The position numbers and the translations under genes were made by a program. This document shows, piece after piece, positions 29,158 through 40,010 of a DNA stretch of 64,000 nt (its first letter is position 1; the number at the start of each line of letters is the position of its first letter). The notes under the pieces are model-generated. The model was given only the letters and a program-made list of their open reading frames with translations, was not told the origin of the DNA and did not search any database. Source of the stretch: Patescibacteria group bacterium (GTDB lineage Bacteria; Patescibacteriota; UBA1384; UBA12157; JAENIV01); contig JBEKTP010000007.1 of assembly GCA_049515915.1 (NCBI GenBank), positions 2,401 to 66,400 on the forward strand, written 5' to 3'.

Positions 29158-30316
29158 AAAGATCGATTTGTTTTTTTTCTTGGTTTTCCCAACAATAATC
29201 TTTAGCCCACTTTAATGAGTTTCTTTTAAATTGCAAGATTTTCTGGGGATTTTTGGTTAAACTGGTAATTACCTCACGAATGCTTGCCGATTGATCGGCC
29301 GAAAAAAGCATGCCATTTTGAGCACGGGTCACGACTCTTTTTATTTCTGGTAAATCGGAAGCGGCAATCGCCAAACCCGCCATCATATATTCGAAAAGTT
29401 TATTGGGCGTGGAATATCGGTTATTAAGATTATCACCAATGTAAGGAATGATCCCAACATCATATTTTGAAGCAGTTTCAATCACTTCACTTGGCGGCAC
29501 TGCCCCTAAAGAAATAATGTTCCCCGTGCGCCGATTTTGCCAACCTGGTCCGATATTAGTCAATAAAACTCCTCGGCATTTTTCAATCGCTGAAAAAAGT
29601 TTCGAAAAATCACGAGTCCCTTGTAAATTGCCTAAGTAGAGCAACCTAAGCGGCCGGGCCACTTTCTTGGCCGCAAACTTGCGATATGGCGGGGTGTTAT
29701 ACAAAATAGACTGAGGTAATTGATCGGTCTGATATCTTCGATCTAACTCGTCTAGAATCGACTGACAGACCGAGAAAATGCCATTCAACCGAGGTAACCG
29801 CCGTTCTAGATAAATGTAATATTGTTTCCAAAGATAGCGGGGATTGGCAACCGATTCCGAATAAAATTCGTGCGCATCAAAAATAACTTTAAAGCCTCGC
29901 TTTTTTAAAGCATAAGCGGCTGGTAAAGTAATTGAATCGTTAGCGTGAATAACGTCAGGTTTGATCTGTAAGCATGCCCGAACAAATAGTCGGTTAAGAA
30001 ACCAAAGATTAAGAATCGAGGTGTAGGTGACGAGAAAGCCCGGGATATGGGTGCCGGCGCTCTGGCTGCCGGCTATTTCTCGGCCTTTATTGGCTGAAGT
30101 TTTTGACCAGATCCAATCGATCCAGGTCTGAAATCGCTTGATTTTAAAATCATCTCGACTTTCAGAAAACTTTGTGTCGAATGATTTTCTGGCCAGTAAG
30201 GTCACTCTCATACCGGCCTTTTGAGCACTTTTCGCCTCTTTTAAAACCCGCGAATCATGACTAAAATCGCTCGCCAAAAGTATCACAATTTTTTTGTTTT
30301 TAAGATTTTGGGGCAT
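29132..30316 (-). CDS. glycosyltransferase family 4
   Basis: Glycos_transf_1-like C-terminus (EYMMAGLAIAASDLPE) and a GT4 N-terminal domain. Confidence 0.7.
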   Translation of the reverse strand: MPQNLKNKKIVILLASDFSHDSRVLKEAKSAQKAGMRVTLLARKSFDTKFSESRDDFKIKRFQTWIDWIWSKTSANKGREIAGSQSAGTHIPGFLVTYTSILNLWFLNRLFVRACLQIKPDVIHANDSITLPAAYALKKRGFKVIFDAHEFYSESVANPRYLWKQYYIYLERRLPRLNGIFSVCQSILDELDRRYQTDQLPQSILYNTPPYRKFAAKKVARPLRLLYLGNLQGTRDFSKLFSAIEKCRGVLLTNIGPGWQNRRTGNIISLGAVPPSEVIETASKYDVGIIPYIGDNLNNRYSTPNKLFEYMMAGLAIAASDLPEIKRVVTRAQNGMLFSADQSASIREVITSLTKNPQKILQFKRNSLKWAKDYCWENQEKKQIDLYEKVIGSI

Positions 30317-31943
30317 TTTTAGTCAGAATGTAAATTTGATCAGAAGACTCTTTAACTTCCTTCAAATCGGGGAAGAAAGTCTGAACGGCACTGGGGTTAT
30401 CAGTGATGATATAATTCCATTCGACATGACCGATATCTTGTTTGTTAACCTGTTTAATATCATTTTCAACTTCCTGTTGATTAATTATTCTTGAGGATCG
30501 ATTATATTTTTGATCAACAAAAAGACGATAAACCCAAAGAACTTTCGGAAAGTTATTGTTGTCGATGGCGTTAGAGAAAATCGCGGTCTGAGCCTTCGGT
30601 ATCTCACCAAGAGCTTGGGCATAAGCATAAATGACTTTCGCGGCGTCTTTTTGCGTTCGGATCGTGTTCATCGCCGAACCAGCCACAAAGTAACTGCCCA
30701 AAAAAGAAGTCATAACCACAAAAACGATGGCCAGCCTTGATTGCCTTAATTTTCCGATCGCCACCATTAAAGATACTATTAAGAGGGTGAAGGCGACATA
30801 GCTGATTTTTAACCATAAAGGAGCGGCATAGTGACTTAAACCATCATAATAAATCTTTAGTCCGTCAAAGTCGTTCGATTGACGAATCCCCAGGCTAAAA
30901 CCAAGAAAAACCAAAATCAGGGATACCAGACTGAAGAAATATTTATTTTTCAAGCGTACCGTCAAATCAGCAAGGTAGAGGGCCATGCCGATCGAGGCGA
31001 AAAGGTAGGCTGAGTAAAGATAATGTGGGTAAACTTTGACGTGAGATGAAAAAATAAAGAGAGCCAAGAAAAAGCCAATAAAAGTCCAGGAAATCAAGAA
31101 GAGTTTTTTAATAAGCTTATCCTTATAAGCACCGATAAAAACAATCAAGGCCAAGTAAGCCGGTAGGCTTATTTCAGGCCATAAAATATTACCGATCGAT
31201 CGCAGGACCGCCCGCGGTTCGGTGTTAGAAGAAATATCAGTCCCAAACGATTTAATCGCATACGAAACCGAGGCCCAGTCAAAAAGAAGCCCGGTCGCCA
31301 CAAGAACAAAAGCACTCGCCGTGATTAAACCGACAAAATACGGTTTAAGATAAGCATATTTTTTACTGACGATGAGATCGACGACAAAAAATAAAAGAAA
31401 AGCCAAACCCGTGATTTTGCTAAAGATTGCCAAACCGGTGAAAATTCCGGCTAAATAAAGCGAACCTTGGGTTTTTTGACTTCTGAGATAAAAAATGGCG
31501 GCGCACAATCCAAAAAGAGCGACCGTGGCGTCAGGATAACCATAGTTGGCATAGCGCACTAAAGGATAAGAAATAATCAGGAATAGACCGACAAGATACG
31601 CCGCCCAAAAACCTTTTTTGAGATAAGCCCAAATGATGGCCACGATGGCAATACTGAAGCTGATCAGACCAAAATAGATTTCACCGGCTAATTCAGGTCT
31701 GAAAAATAAAGAGAGAAATCGAATGCCGTCAGCAATCATTAACCGATCGGGCCAAGGATAATATCCTCCAATAAAGGTTTTCCAAACGGACGGCTCGATA
31801 TATTCAAGCGGATCATTGGGATCCGGAAGCATTGCCAACTTATGAAAGAAAAACCATCCATAAATAACTAAAAGAAAAAGGAGGGCAACCCCTTCCCACA
31901 GACAGCGATTTTTGAGAATTTTTTGGGTTTTTTGATATGGCAC
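30300..31943 (-). CDS. polytopic membrane protein, GT-C-like glycosyltransferase candidate
   Basis: 547 aa with about 12 TM and a C-terminal soluble domain. A loop motif NDPLEY is present. Confidence 0.4.
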   Translation of the reverse strand: MPYQKTQKILKNRCLWEGVALLFLLVIYGWFFFHKLAMLPDPNDPLEYIEPSVWKTFIGGYYPWPDRLMIADGIRFLSLFFRPELAGEIYFGLISFSIAIVAIIWAYLKKGFWAAYLVGLFLIISYPLVRYANYGYPDATVALFGLCAAIFYLRSQKTQGSLYLAGIFTGLAIFSKITGLAFLLFFVVDLIVSKKYAYLKPYFVGLITASAFVLVATGLLFDWASVSYAIKSFGTDISSNTEPRAVLRSIGNILWPEISLPAYLALIVFIGAYKDKLIKKLFLISWTFIGFFLALFIFSSHVKVYPHYLYSAYLFASIGMALYLADLTVRLKNKYFFSLVSLILVFLGFSLGIRQSNDFDGLKIYYDGLSHYAAPLWLKISYVAFTLLIVSLMVAIGKLRQSRLAIVFVVMTSFLGSYFVAGSAMNTIRTQKDAAKVIYAYAQALGEIPKAQTAIFSNAIDNNNFPKVLWVYRLFVDQKYNRSSRIINQQEVENDIKQVNKQDIGHVEWNYIITDNPSAVQTFFPDLKEVKESSDQIYILTKNAPKS

Positions 31944-31949
31944 TTGAAT

Positions 31950-33923
31950 CTATCTATATAGTTTTGGAGCATTATTAATTATACGGAGCGATTCTTCAAG
32001 ATCAATCCCGATCGTGTTGGTATACCACTGCATTGAATCATACCTCGGAAGATTATCGGCCATCGAAAGTTCCAACGCTTTTGCGCGGGTCATTGTTCCC
32101 TCTCGGATTTGATTGCTCCTAAAAGTATCGTTTTCGGTAAATCCGGCCAAGAGATAATAAATATAATTATAGAAAGGGGCTGTACCGTCGCCGATTCGCC
32201 AGGTCGTTTTGGTGTCATCGGCCATTTCCCATTTGTATTTTCTAAGCAGAGTATTATTGATTGTTTCCTCATCCCAACGAATGTATTCGTAAAGTGAAAG
32301 ATACTCGTGAGCAATGAGGTAATAGGCAAAATAAGCAAACAGGGTATCCAAAAGTGAACGGTTGATATAGCTCGGATTAGTCAGATATTTTTTCCCATAA
32401 TACAACGCCAGCTTCATCTTGTCGGCCGAGGTTAAGCGATAAGTCACATTGACCTTCGGCTTAATCCCGCAAAGACCGAACTTGAAATCGGTTCTCTCTA
32501 AAGGGTTGATGCAAAGAACGATCAAATCGATCCCCATCACCTGACCAAGCTTATTAGCATAATAGAAATACTGTTTGTCCCCCGCCATAAATAAAGGAAC
32601 CGTGCCTAGATCCGGTTTTTTAAGCCAGGCCAGCACATTACGCCGAATGTTATCCCTTTTATTCTTGATGTTGGCCGAAATCAAAATGTGCTCAACCCCT
32701 AAATCGGCGGTCATTCTGGCCTGATTGCGGCGGCCCAAATCGGTCAACATGCCCCAGTCGTAGGAATAGGCAACCGGATTCATTTTCATCAATGTTTTCA
32801 TATAGTGAAGGCCGTAACTGCTGTCGCGCCCGCCAGAAAACGTCATTAAAACATCCGGACGGCCATTATTTTTACGATATTTCCGCAGATATTCCTCGAG
32901 CTTTTTCGGACCTTTAACTTTCATTTTTTCGTAATTTCGGCAGTAGTTACAAACACCTTTTTCGTCAAACTCAATAAAAGGAATTGTCTCCGGTAAAATG
33001 CATTGAGAGCAACGTCTCAGTTCGGCAATTTTTTGAGCGCTCTTTTTGAAATCTTGTTTGACTTTGGCACTCAACGGTTTGATGATTGCCCGTATTGAGG
33101 CAGACTTCGGATATCGGGAAAGATCTTCCAAGTCATAATCTGCCTGCTCAAGAGTAACTTTGGCACTTTCAAAGATGCCGACTTTTTGGATTTTTAAATT
33201 CTTTTGAGAAATAATCAGCGCTCGGCCGGGCGGCAGCTGCTCAATTTTGGCTTTGGTAAAAAATTTGTTAAAATTTAAGGCCTTAAAAAGAGAATGTAAA
33301 ATATCATATTCCGAGGCATAGACTAAAATATCTTTTTTATCAGAAAGAGCATAATAAAGCGAGCCGGTATTGGTGGCCAAGACATTGGTTTTCAGGTCAG
33401 TAAACATCAGTCCGACTGAAGCCGCCCCCTCGATGGCTTTAAAGGTCTGGCCGATGGCATAAGACAAACCTTTTTCAGCTTTGAGATGTTTGCGAATCAG
33501 GCTTAAAAAAAGCTCGGTGTCAACTTCGTATTTCCGATTAAGATTCTTATTTTTCGACCAGAGTTCTTCCACGTTGGTAATGATCCCGTTATGGACGCCG
33601 ATAATGTTATCCTTGGAAACCGGCTGGTTATTAATGTTGGTATCAAGATCACCGTTGGTCACCAAACGGGCGTGACCGATCGCAAAAACATGGCGAAAGT
33701 CTTGAAAACGGAAAAGCTCGTTATAGGTCTGGCTTTTTAACAGCTCTGAAGCCGGCGTGGGTTGCTTATAGACTTTAATGATGTTATCCGAAAGTAAACA
33801 AATCCCTGCCGATTCTCGGCCGCGATTTTCAGAGAATTTAAATAATTCGTCGGTCACTTTTTTGAAATATTTTCGATTAAATTCCTCGTTGTTGGGCGAA
33901 AACACCCCTAAAATTCCACACAT
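31950..33923 (-). CDS. fusion: class-II (Ntn) glutamine amidotransferase domain + N-acetyl-sugar amidotransferase (WbuX/WbpG/PseA-like PP-loop with Cys ribbon)
   Basis: N-terminal MCGILGV...RGRESAG...HNGIITN motifs. The C-terminal half has CSQC...CNYC followed by an SGGRDSS PP-loop. Confidence 0.55.
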   Translation of the reverse strand: MCGILGVFSPNNEEFNRKYFKKVTDELFKFSENRGRESAGICLLSDNIIKVYKQPTPASELLKSQTYNELFRFQDFRHVFAIGHARLVTNGDLDTNINNQPVSKDNIIGVHNGIITNVEELWSKNKNLNRKYEVDTELFLSLIRKHLKAEKGLSYAIGQTFKAIEGAASVGLMFTDLKTNVLATNTGSLYYALSDKKDILVYASEYDILHSLFKALNFNKFFTKAKIEQLPPGRALIISQKNLKIQKVGIFESAKVTLEQADYDLEDLSRYPKSASIRAIIKPLSAKVKQDFKKSAQKIAELRRCSQCILPETIPFIEFDEKGVCNYCRNYEKMKVKGPKKLEEYLRKYRKNNGRPDVLMTFSGGRDSSYGLHYMKTLMKMNPVAYSYDWGMLTDLGRRNQARMTADLGVEHILISANIKNKRDNIRRNVLAWLKKPDLGTVPLFMAGDKQYFYYANKLGQVMGIDLIVLCINPLERTDFKFGLCGIKPKVNVTYRLTSADKMKLALYYGKKYLTNPSYINRSLLDTLFAYFAYYLIAHEYLSLYEYIRWDEETINNTLLRKYKWEMADDTKTTWRIGDGTAPFYNYIYYLLAGFTENDTFRSNQIREGTMTRAKALELSMADNLPRYDSMQWYTNTIGIDLEESLRIINNAPKLYR

Positions 33924-33936
33924 GATAAACCTCGAT

Positions 33937-35199
33937 TTAAATACTAACTTTGATCGTTTTTCTTGTCAAAAGTTTCAAAACACCCGCTGAAATGACAAAC
34001 GAAATGGCCGTGGCCAGCGCCGAGCCGTAGATGCCCAAAATGGGCACCATGATTATATTGAGGATAACATTACTTAAGAAAACAAGAGCGACGAGAAGGG
34101 TGTAGTATTGGGGGAAACCGGCTTGGGCCAAAAGCATCTGAAAGGGTTGATAACCACTCGAGGCGATAATGCCAGCCATTAAAATGATAAAAACCGGCCA
34201 GCTATCCTTAAATTCTCCATTCGTAAAGATTTTTAAAAGCAAGGGATAAAGCAGAATCGCGATTCCACCCAAAGCCGCCGCGTATTGGTAGGTTAGCTTC
34301 ACACCCGATCGAATGACATCTTGAAGTTTGACAATCTGAGAGCGGCCGCTTAAGTTTGCCAGCACCGGGTTAACATTATTTTTTAAGACCACCAGTACCT
34401 GACTGAACCCTTCGGCCAAAATAGCCGCAAAACTATAGATGCCCACCTGCCGATCCGAGAGGAAATAGCCAAGAATCAAAATATCCACCCGCGTGTTAAC
34501 GTCTGCTAAGACATTTCCCCCCAGCGAATGATAGCTGAAAGTAAAATGTTTTTTAAACCACCCCTTCCAATGAGTCGGACCGACAAACTGAAAGAATCTT
34601 TTGGTGTAAAAAAGTAAGCTCAAGAATAATAAGGCTTCGGCGAAAGTAAAGGCCAGGGGCAAGTTTTGGCTGGGTGACTTTCGGGCAACAGCCAAAATAA
34701 TAAAACTGACGATTAAAATATAACGGACCGCCTGAAAAAAGGCGAAAGCCTTCATCTGACGCAGTCCATTTAAAATTCCTAAAAATGTTTTATTGAAGGC
34801 AAAAAGAACCAAGCCTGGCACAATATAATAGATTCCCACCGCCACCTCGGGACTTTGCAGGAATTTAGCAAATAAGTTCCGCCCGAAATAGATCAGCGCC
34901 CCGGCAAAAAAGGCAAAAAAGACCGCTAAGACTAAGCCTGGCGTAATAATCTGATTGATTTTTTTCTGATTACCTGTTTCAGCCACATATTTTTGCAAGG
35001 AAAGGTGAACGCTACCGACGGCCAATTGTGAGCCGAGAATATAAACGGCGTATGTTTCATTAAAAAAACCTAAAGTTGCCACCCCGTAATATCGGCCAAC
35101 TAAAACATTAATGAGTAATCCGCTGACACTTAATATAATGAGGCTGACCAAGTTCCACAAAACATCTTTTTGAAATTTACGGGAAACAGGCAACCTCAC
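33937..35199 (-). CDS. Wzx-type flippase / polysaccharide biosynthesis protein (MOP)
   Basis: 420 aa with 12 TM and a Polysacc_synt-like N-terminus. Confidence 0.65.
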   Translation of the reverse strand: MRLPVSRKFQKDVLWNLVSLIILSVSGLLINVLVGRYYGVATLGFFNETYAVYILGSQLAVGSVHLSLQKYVAETGNQKKINQIITPGLVLAVFFAFFAGALIYFGRNLFAKFLQSPEVAVGIYYIVPGLVLFAFNKTFLGILNGLRQMKAFAFFQAVRYILIVSFIILAVARKSPSQNLPLAFTFAEALLFLSLLFYTKRFFQFVGPTHWKGWFKKHFTFSYHSLGGNVLADVNTRVDILILGYFLSDRQVGIYSFAAILAEGFSQVLVVLKNNVNPVLANLSGRSQIVKLQDVIRSGVKLTYQYAAALGGIAILLYPLLLKIFTNGEFKDSWPVFIILMAGIIASSGYQPFQMLLAQAGFPQYYTLLVALVFLSNVILNIIMVPILGIYGSALATAISFVISAGVLKLLTRKTIKVSI

Positions 35200-35759
35200 T
35201 TTTTCCTACTTCCGATCGGACGGGCGGGCACGCCGGCAACAATTTCAAAATCTTTAACATTTTTGGTCACGACCGCCCCCGCACCAACCACCGCGCCCTG
35301 GCCAATGGTCACTCCAGGCAGCACTGTGACATTACAGCCAAGCCACGCCCCTTTTAAAATTTTTACTTTGCTCGATACTAAACCTTGTCGATAGATTGGG
35401 GTTTTAAGATCAGTGTAGCGGTGGTCAGAAGTCAGAATCGAGACGCGATGGCCGATTCGAACATCATCTTCAATCTCAATTTCACCGTAGCCCGAAAGAT
35501 AGCCCCATTCGTTGAGCGTCACATTGTTGCCAATACTGATACGATACGGATACCAGAAAGTAACGCCTTCATAAATTCTAACTTTGCCCAGATGCCGGCA
35601 AACGAGCTTGAGAAGGACAAATCTAAGATAATCGCCGAGCGGCGAAGGGAAATACTTAACCAAACCATAAATAAAGAAAAACAAACCATGAAACAGATAA
35701 TCTTTGACGGTATATGGTTTTGTGTTATATTCCTTGTGTAACTTATTGTTTTGTGACAT
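35196..35759 (-). CDS. hexapeptide-repeat (LbH) sugar O/N-acetyltransferase
   Basis: [32 protein letters not shown] repeats. Confidence 0.8.
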   Translation of the reverse strand: MSQNNKLHKEYNTKPYTVKDYLFHGLFFFIYGLVKYFPSPLGDYLRFVLLKLVCRHLGKVRIYEGVTFWYPYRISIGNNVTLNEWGYLSGYGEIEIEDDVRIGHRVSILTSDHRYTDLKTPIYRQGLVSSKVKILKGAWLGCNVTVLPGVTIGQGAVVGAGAVVTKNVKDFEIVAGVPARPIGSRKK

Positions 35760-35818
35760 TTTATTAGTAAATGCTTAATATCATATTCATAAGATAACAA
35801 AAATGGAAAGAAAACAAC

Positions 35819-36817
35819 ATGCTGAAGGATTTTGGCAAAGACATCCCCAAACTTTACAAACGCGTTCTCGTCACCGGCGGAGCCGGTTTTATTGGCAGCC
35901 ACCTTTGCGAGAAATTGTTAAGTCTCGGAGTCAAAACTTATTCGATCGATGATTTCTCAACCGGCAAACGGGAAAATATCAAATCGTTTTTGAAAAACAA
36001 GAAATTCACCAATATCGAATGTGACATTACTGATTTTCCCAAGCTCGAAAGCTATTTTAAAAAATATCGTTTTGAGGCCGTCTTTCATCAAGCTGCCTCT
36101 AAAAAAACCATTTGTCTAAGAGATCCCAAACGAGATCTAGAGGTTAATGGTAAAGGAACTTTGGGATTACTTCAGACGGCTCAAAAATATAAAGTCAAAA
36201 AATTTGTTCATGCCTCAACCGGCTCGGTCTATGGGGAACTCCAAACCAAAGTTCAAGACGAAAATCATCCCCTTTCGCCGACCTCTTACTACGGCGTCAG
36301 TAAATTAGCCGGCGAGCGATACGCGATCTTGTTTCATAAACTTTATGACCTGGATACGACCGTCTTGCGCTATTTTCACGTTTATGGGCCGCGCCAGGAG
36401 TTCAGCCCCTACGGCGGCGTCGTCGCTATTTTTATGCGCAACTGTCTTAAAAACGAAAACCCCACCATCTTCGGCACCGGTAAACAGGAAAGATCATTCA
36501 CCTTTGTCAGAGACGTCGTTAATGCTAACTTGTTAGTGGCGAGTCGCCCCAAGACCAAGGGAGAAGTTTACAACTGTGCCTCGGGCATTCATGTGACGAT
36601 TAAACAGTTGCTCGATGAAATCAATAATCATTTCCGCGACAAGACTAAGCAATTTAAGATCATTTATGACGATTGGGTCCCGGGAGATATTAAGGAGTTC
36701 AATATCGATAACCGAAAAATCAAGAAACTCGGCCTGACTTTCGTCACCAATATGTCACCGGGACTTTCGGAAGTTTATGAATCGATGAAAACAAGTTTAT
36801 CCAATGTTAAAAAGTAA
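35819..36817 (+). CDS. NAD-dependent nucleotide-sugar epimerase/dehydratase (extended SDR, GalE-like)
   Basis: VLVTGGAGFIGSH Rossmann motif and YGVSKLAGE (YxxxK). Confidence 0.8.
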   Translation: MLKDFGKDIPKLYKRVLVTGGAGFIGSHLCEKLLSLGVKTYSIDDFSTGKRENIKSFLKNKKFTNIECDITDFPKLESYFKKYRFEAVFHQAASKKTICLRDPKRDLEVNGKGTLGLLQTAQKYKVKKFVHASTGSVYGELQTKVQDENHPLSPTSYYGVSKLAGERYAILFHKLYDLDTTVLRYFHVYGPRQEFSPYGGVVAIFMRNCLKNENPTIFGTGKQERSFTFVRDVVNANLLVASRPKTKGEVYNCASGIHVTIKQLLDEINNHFRDKTKQFKIIYDDWVPGDIKEFNIDNRKIKKLGLTFVTNMSPGLSEVYESMKTSLSNVKK

Positions 36818-37757
36818 AAAAATCGGCGTGGTCGTCCCCGCTCATAATGAAGAACTACTTATTTTAGATACGCTTCGGAGCATGCCGGCTTTTGTTGATA
36901 AAATCGTTGTGGTCAACGACGCCTCGACTGACAAAACTAAGCAGGAAATCCTTCTTGAGCAAAAAAAGCAAAAAAGAATCTATCTCATCGACCATAAAGA
37001 AAACAAAGGACTCGGCGCTACTTTGGCCGATGGTTATCTTAAGGCCTCCGAGCTGGGTTTAGAGGTGATTGCCGTTATGGCCGGTGACAATCAAATGGAT
37101 CCCCACGATCTTAAAAATGTCGTTAGGCCAATTATCGACGGTCAAGTTTCTTATACTAAAGGTAATCGGTTGTTAGTTAAAGATGTCTCCAAGGTGATGC
37201 CCAAATATCGTTTCGTCGGCAATATCGTTGCTACCTTTTTGACCAAGTTTGCCACCGGTTATTGGCCATTGATCGATCCGCAATGCGGCTATACGGCCAT
37301 TGCCAAACAAGCCTTGGACCGCATCGATATCGCCAGCCTTAAAAAAGGATATGGCTATAACGCCGACATTTTGGTACGCTTGAACATTTACAACTTTAAG
37401 ATGACCGATGTTGAGGTTAAACCTGTCTATGGTCGCGAAAAAAGCGGCATTAAGTTCTTCCGTTACACTATCGATGTGAGCTTTTTTCTATTTAAGCTCT
37501 TTTTAAAACGGCTTAAGGAGAAATATTTGTTCCGCGACTTTCATCCGTTAGTTCTTTTTTATCTCTTAAGTTTTGTCAATATTATTTTGATCGCCCTGCC
37601 GCTGGCCATCCGATTTTTGGTGTTATATATTCATTATGGCTTAGCACCACTCACCACCTTGACAATTTTTTCGTTTGCTTCGATGATGGGCTTTTTTTCT
37701 TTTGGCTTTGCCATTTGGCTCGACATGGAGTCTAATAAGAACTTATTTGTGAAATAA
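36804..37757 (+). CDS. GT2 glycosyltransferase with C-terminal TM anchor (GtrB/DPM1-like)
   Basis: VVVPAHNEE...VVVNDASTDKT...GDNQMD motifs plus 2 C-terminal TM. Confidence 0.75.
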   Translation: MLKSKKIGVVVPAHNEELLILDTLRSMPAFVDKIVVVNDASTDKTKQEILLEQKKQKRIYLIDHKENKGLGATLADGYLKASELGLEVIAVMAGDNQMDPHDLKNVVRPIIDGQVSYTKGNRLLVKDVSKVMPKYRFVGNIVATFLTKFATGYWPLIDPQCGYTAIAKQALDRIDIASLKKGYGYNADILVRLNIYNFKMTDVEVKPVYGREKSGIKFFRYTIDVSFFLFKLFLKRLKEKYLFRDFHPLVLFYLLSFVNIILIALPLAIRFLVLYIHYGLAPLTTLTIFSFASMMGFFSFGFAIWLDMESNKNLFVK

Positions 37758-37759
37758 AT

Positions 37760-39226
37760 TTATGACAATCTCCTCAGAACGATCGACGCTTTCGCCCGGA
37801 TAAACTCGATTAAGGTTTTTCGTTCGATCGTAGAAACGATCAAGGTCCAGCCTAATAGCAAATAGATGACTGGCCCCAAAATCGAAACCAGGATGGGCTG
37901 GATATTAGAGAGTGGCAAAAACCAGTACGCAACCGTTAAGCCGACTCCTAAAACCAATACCTTCATAATCCGTTTGATCTCCAGGGGAATAAAATATTTT
38001 TTCTGGCTGATTTTGTAAATCAGAGAAGTATTCACGACATAAGCCAGAAGAGTGGTAATCGCCGCGCCCATGATCCCGAATTTTGGTACCATATAAAAAT
38101 TCAAGGAAATATTGATGGTTGCCGCCACCAAAACACTTAAAGAGACATACCAGGTTTTTTTAGCGACATAAGCACCAAGCGAAAGAATAAAAAAGGCTCC
38201 ATAAGCGACCATCCCCCAGGCGAGCACCCCGGCTACTTTTGTCGCACCTAAATAATTGGCATTTGAAAGAATCAGGATGATAATTTTTGAAAAATAGGCG
38301 ACTAAAATGGCGCAAAAGCCAGCGGCCAGCAAAAAATAGGTAAAGTATTTAGCATAGATCGCTTTGGCTTCCTTTCTTTTCAGTATCGAGAAAGCGAAGG
38401 GGATCCATGGCAAAACAAAAGCTGAAACGACGAGTGAAACCGGTAAAGCGATCTTGGCCGCCAGGGCGTAGATACCGAGCTCGAAGGTACCAATATATTT
38501 AACCACGAAAAATCGATCTGATAAGTCCAGGAACCATAAAGCCACGCCCGCTGGCAATAAAGGTAAACCGTAAGTCAGAAGGGTGTGAAGATATTTTTTG
38601 CTAAACGAGAAAAGTAGATTCCGCCGCACCAAAATCGAACTGATGACAAAAGAAATGACCGCGGCCAATAAATAGGCTTCGTAGATTGAACGAAATTGAT
38701 AGTGGCTTCTGATTAGAAAAACCAAAACCATCGCTAAAACCAAAGCTTGATTAAAAAGAAACAAAATGGCATATCTGCCCGCTTGAAGTCGAGTGACGAA
38801 AACCGAGAGGAAATAGTTAAATAAAACAATAAATGGCATTGTCAAGAAATTAATTTTTAGAACCTCCTGATATCGAGCATCGCCAAAGATTATCGATGAG
38901 ATTGACCCCGAAAAAAACGTTAATACTACCGTGACAATAATAAGAATGAAAGCCAAAAAAATGAGGGCGTTCGTTAAATATTTTTTTTGTTCAGCCTTAT
39001 CTTTAGCGTCATAGTAGTATCGCGCCGCGGCGCTATCGAGTCCTAACATTAAAAAAATAACTAAAAAAGAATTGACCGTTAAAATTAAATCTATCACCCC
39101 GTAATCACTCGGAGAAAAGTGCCGCGTCAGAATCGGCACTAAAACTAGCCCCGAAAGGGCCGCAATAACACGAGTGATAGCGTAAACAACCGATTGCTGG
39201 CCGATTTTTTTGAAGGAGTCTATCAC
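37760..39226 (-). CDS. Wzx-type flippase (MOP superfamily)
   Basis: 488 aa with 12-14 TM and a Polysacc_synt-like N-terminus. Confidence 0.65.
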   Translation of the reverse strand: MIDSFKKIGQQSVVYAITRVIAALSGLVLVPILTRHFSPSDYGVIDLILTVNSFLVIFLMLGLDSAAARYYYDAKDKAEQKKYLTNALIFLAFILIIVTVVLTFFSGSISSIIFGDARYQEVLKINFLTMPFIVLFNYFLSVFVTRLQAGRYAILFLFNQALVLAMVLVFLIRSHYQFRSIYEAYLLAAVISFVISSILVRRNLLFSFSKKYLHTLLTYGLPLLPAGVALWFLDLSDRFFVVKYIGTFELGIYALAAKIALPVSLVVSAFVLPWIPFAFSILKRKEAKAIYAKYFTYFLLAAGFCAILVAYFSKIIILILSNANYLGATKVAGVLAWGMVAYGAFFILSLGAYVAKKTWYVSLSVLVAATINISLNFYMVPKFGIMGAAITTLLAYVVNTSLIYKISQKKYFIPLEIKRIMKVLVLGVGLTVAYWFLPLSNIQPILVSILGPVIYLLLGWTLIVSTIERKTLIEFIRAKASIVLRRLS

Positions 39227-39230
39227 TACT

Positions 39231-40010
39231 TCATTCCTTTTTTTTGAACCTCAAAAGCTCTAAATAAAGATCATCCAAGTACCAAAAAGGCGTTTTTTTC
39301 TCTCTGAGATATTGAATCAACTCTTCCAAGAAATTTTGCATTCCCTGTCTTTTGTTAACATACCTCGAAAAATCTAATTTTTTTTGATAGAGGAAACGGT
39401 GCTCTTCATAAAACTTTAGCGACGGCACGTTCAAAGCAACGTGAAAAGGGTGAAAATTATAAATCTTTAAGCCCGTCTCCTCGATTTCTTTTCTAATTTG
39501 ACTCAATCTGGGCGATGCTGGAAATTTGGCTAAGTGAAGATCGTCTTCCCAAAAAACCGGAAATCTCACTAATCCCGAATGATGTTTTAACGGAATGCAT
39601 TTTGGTTGCAAAAAAAGACCAAGATTAGAATCATAGAGAAAATCTCGATCTGAAAATTCTTTTGTAATCCAAGAATTATCAAAAAAAGCGTGAGACCGAA
39701 AAGATCTGGCTTTGGGCCAAAGTTTCAAAGAGGAATTAATGACCTTTTTATAATCATTTTTAACTAGAAAGTTAGGATGAAGACCAACGTATCGGCACAT
39801 TTTATCATTATCATACCTTTTCTGGACTGCACGGGAAGGATGGGTTAAAAAGATGGTTACTGGCACTTGAGCGACCTCGAAAATTTCGAGAGTTTTCTCG
39901 ATCATCGCTTCAGACGCCCAATCAATATCTAAAGTAAAACAAACAATCTCTTTTTTAACAAAATAATCCGTAATTTTAAAAAAATCCAACTCTCGATTAT
40001 TTTTTTTCAT
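39231..40010 (-). CDS. hypothetical protein, possibly polysaccharide-deacetylase (CE4)-like
   Basis: FTLDIDW and SFRSHAF segments loosely resemble NodB motifs. The 4-nt overlap suggests an operon with the ATP-grasp gene. Confidence 0.3.
   Translation of the reverse strand: MKKNNRELDFFKITDYFVKKEIVCFTLDIDWASEAMIEKTLEIFEVAQVPVTIFLTHPSRAVQKRYDNDKMCRYVGLHPNFLVKNDYKKVINSSLKLWPKARSFRSHAFFDNSWITKEFSDRDFLYDSNLGLFLQPKCIPLKHHSGLVRFPVFWEDDLHLAKFPASPRLSQIRKEIEETGLKIYNFHPFHVALNVPSLKFYEEHRFLYQKKLDFSRYVNKRQGMQNFLEELIQYLREKKTPFWYLDDLYLELLRFKKKE

Noticed and set aside
26187-33923. Two asparagine-synthetase-like genes as simple duplicates
   Set aside because: The second (31950-33923) has a Cys zinc-ribbon before the PP-loop and different spacing, so I treat it as a distinct WbuX-like fusion rather than an AsnB duplicate.
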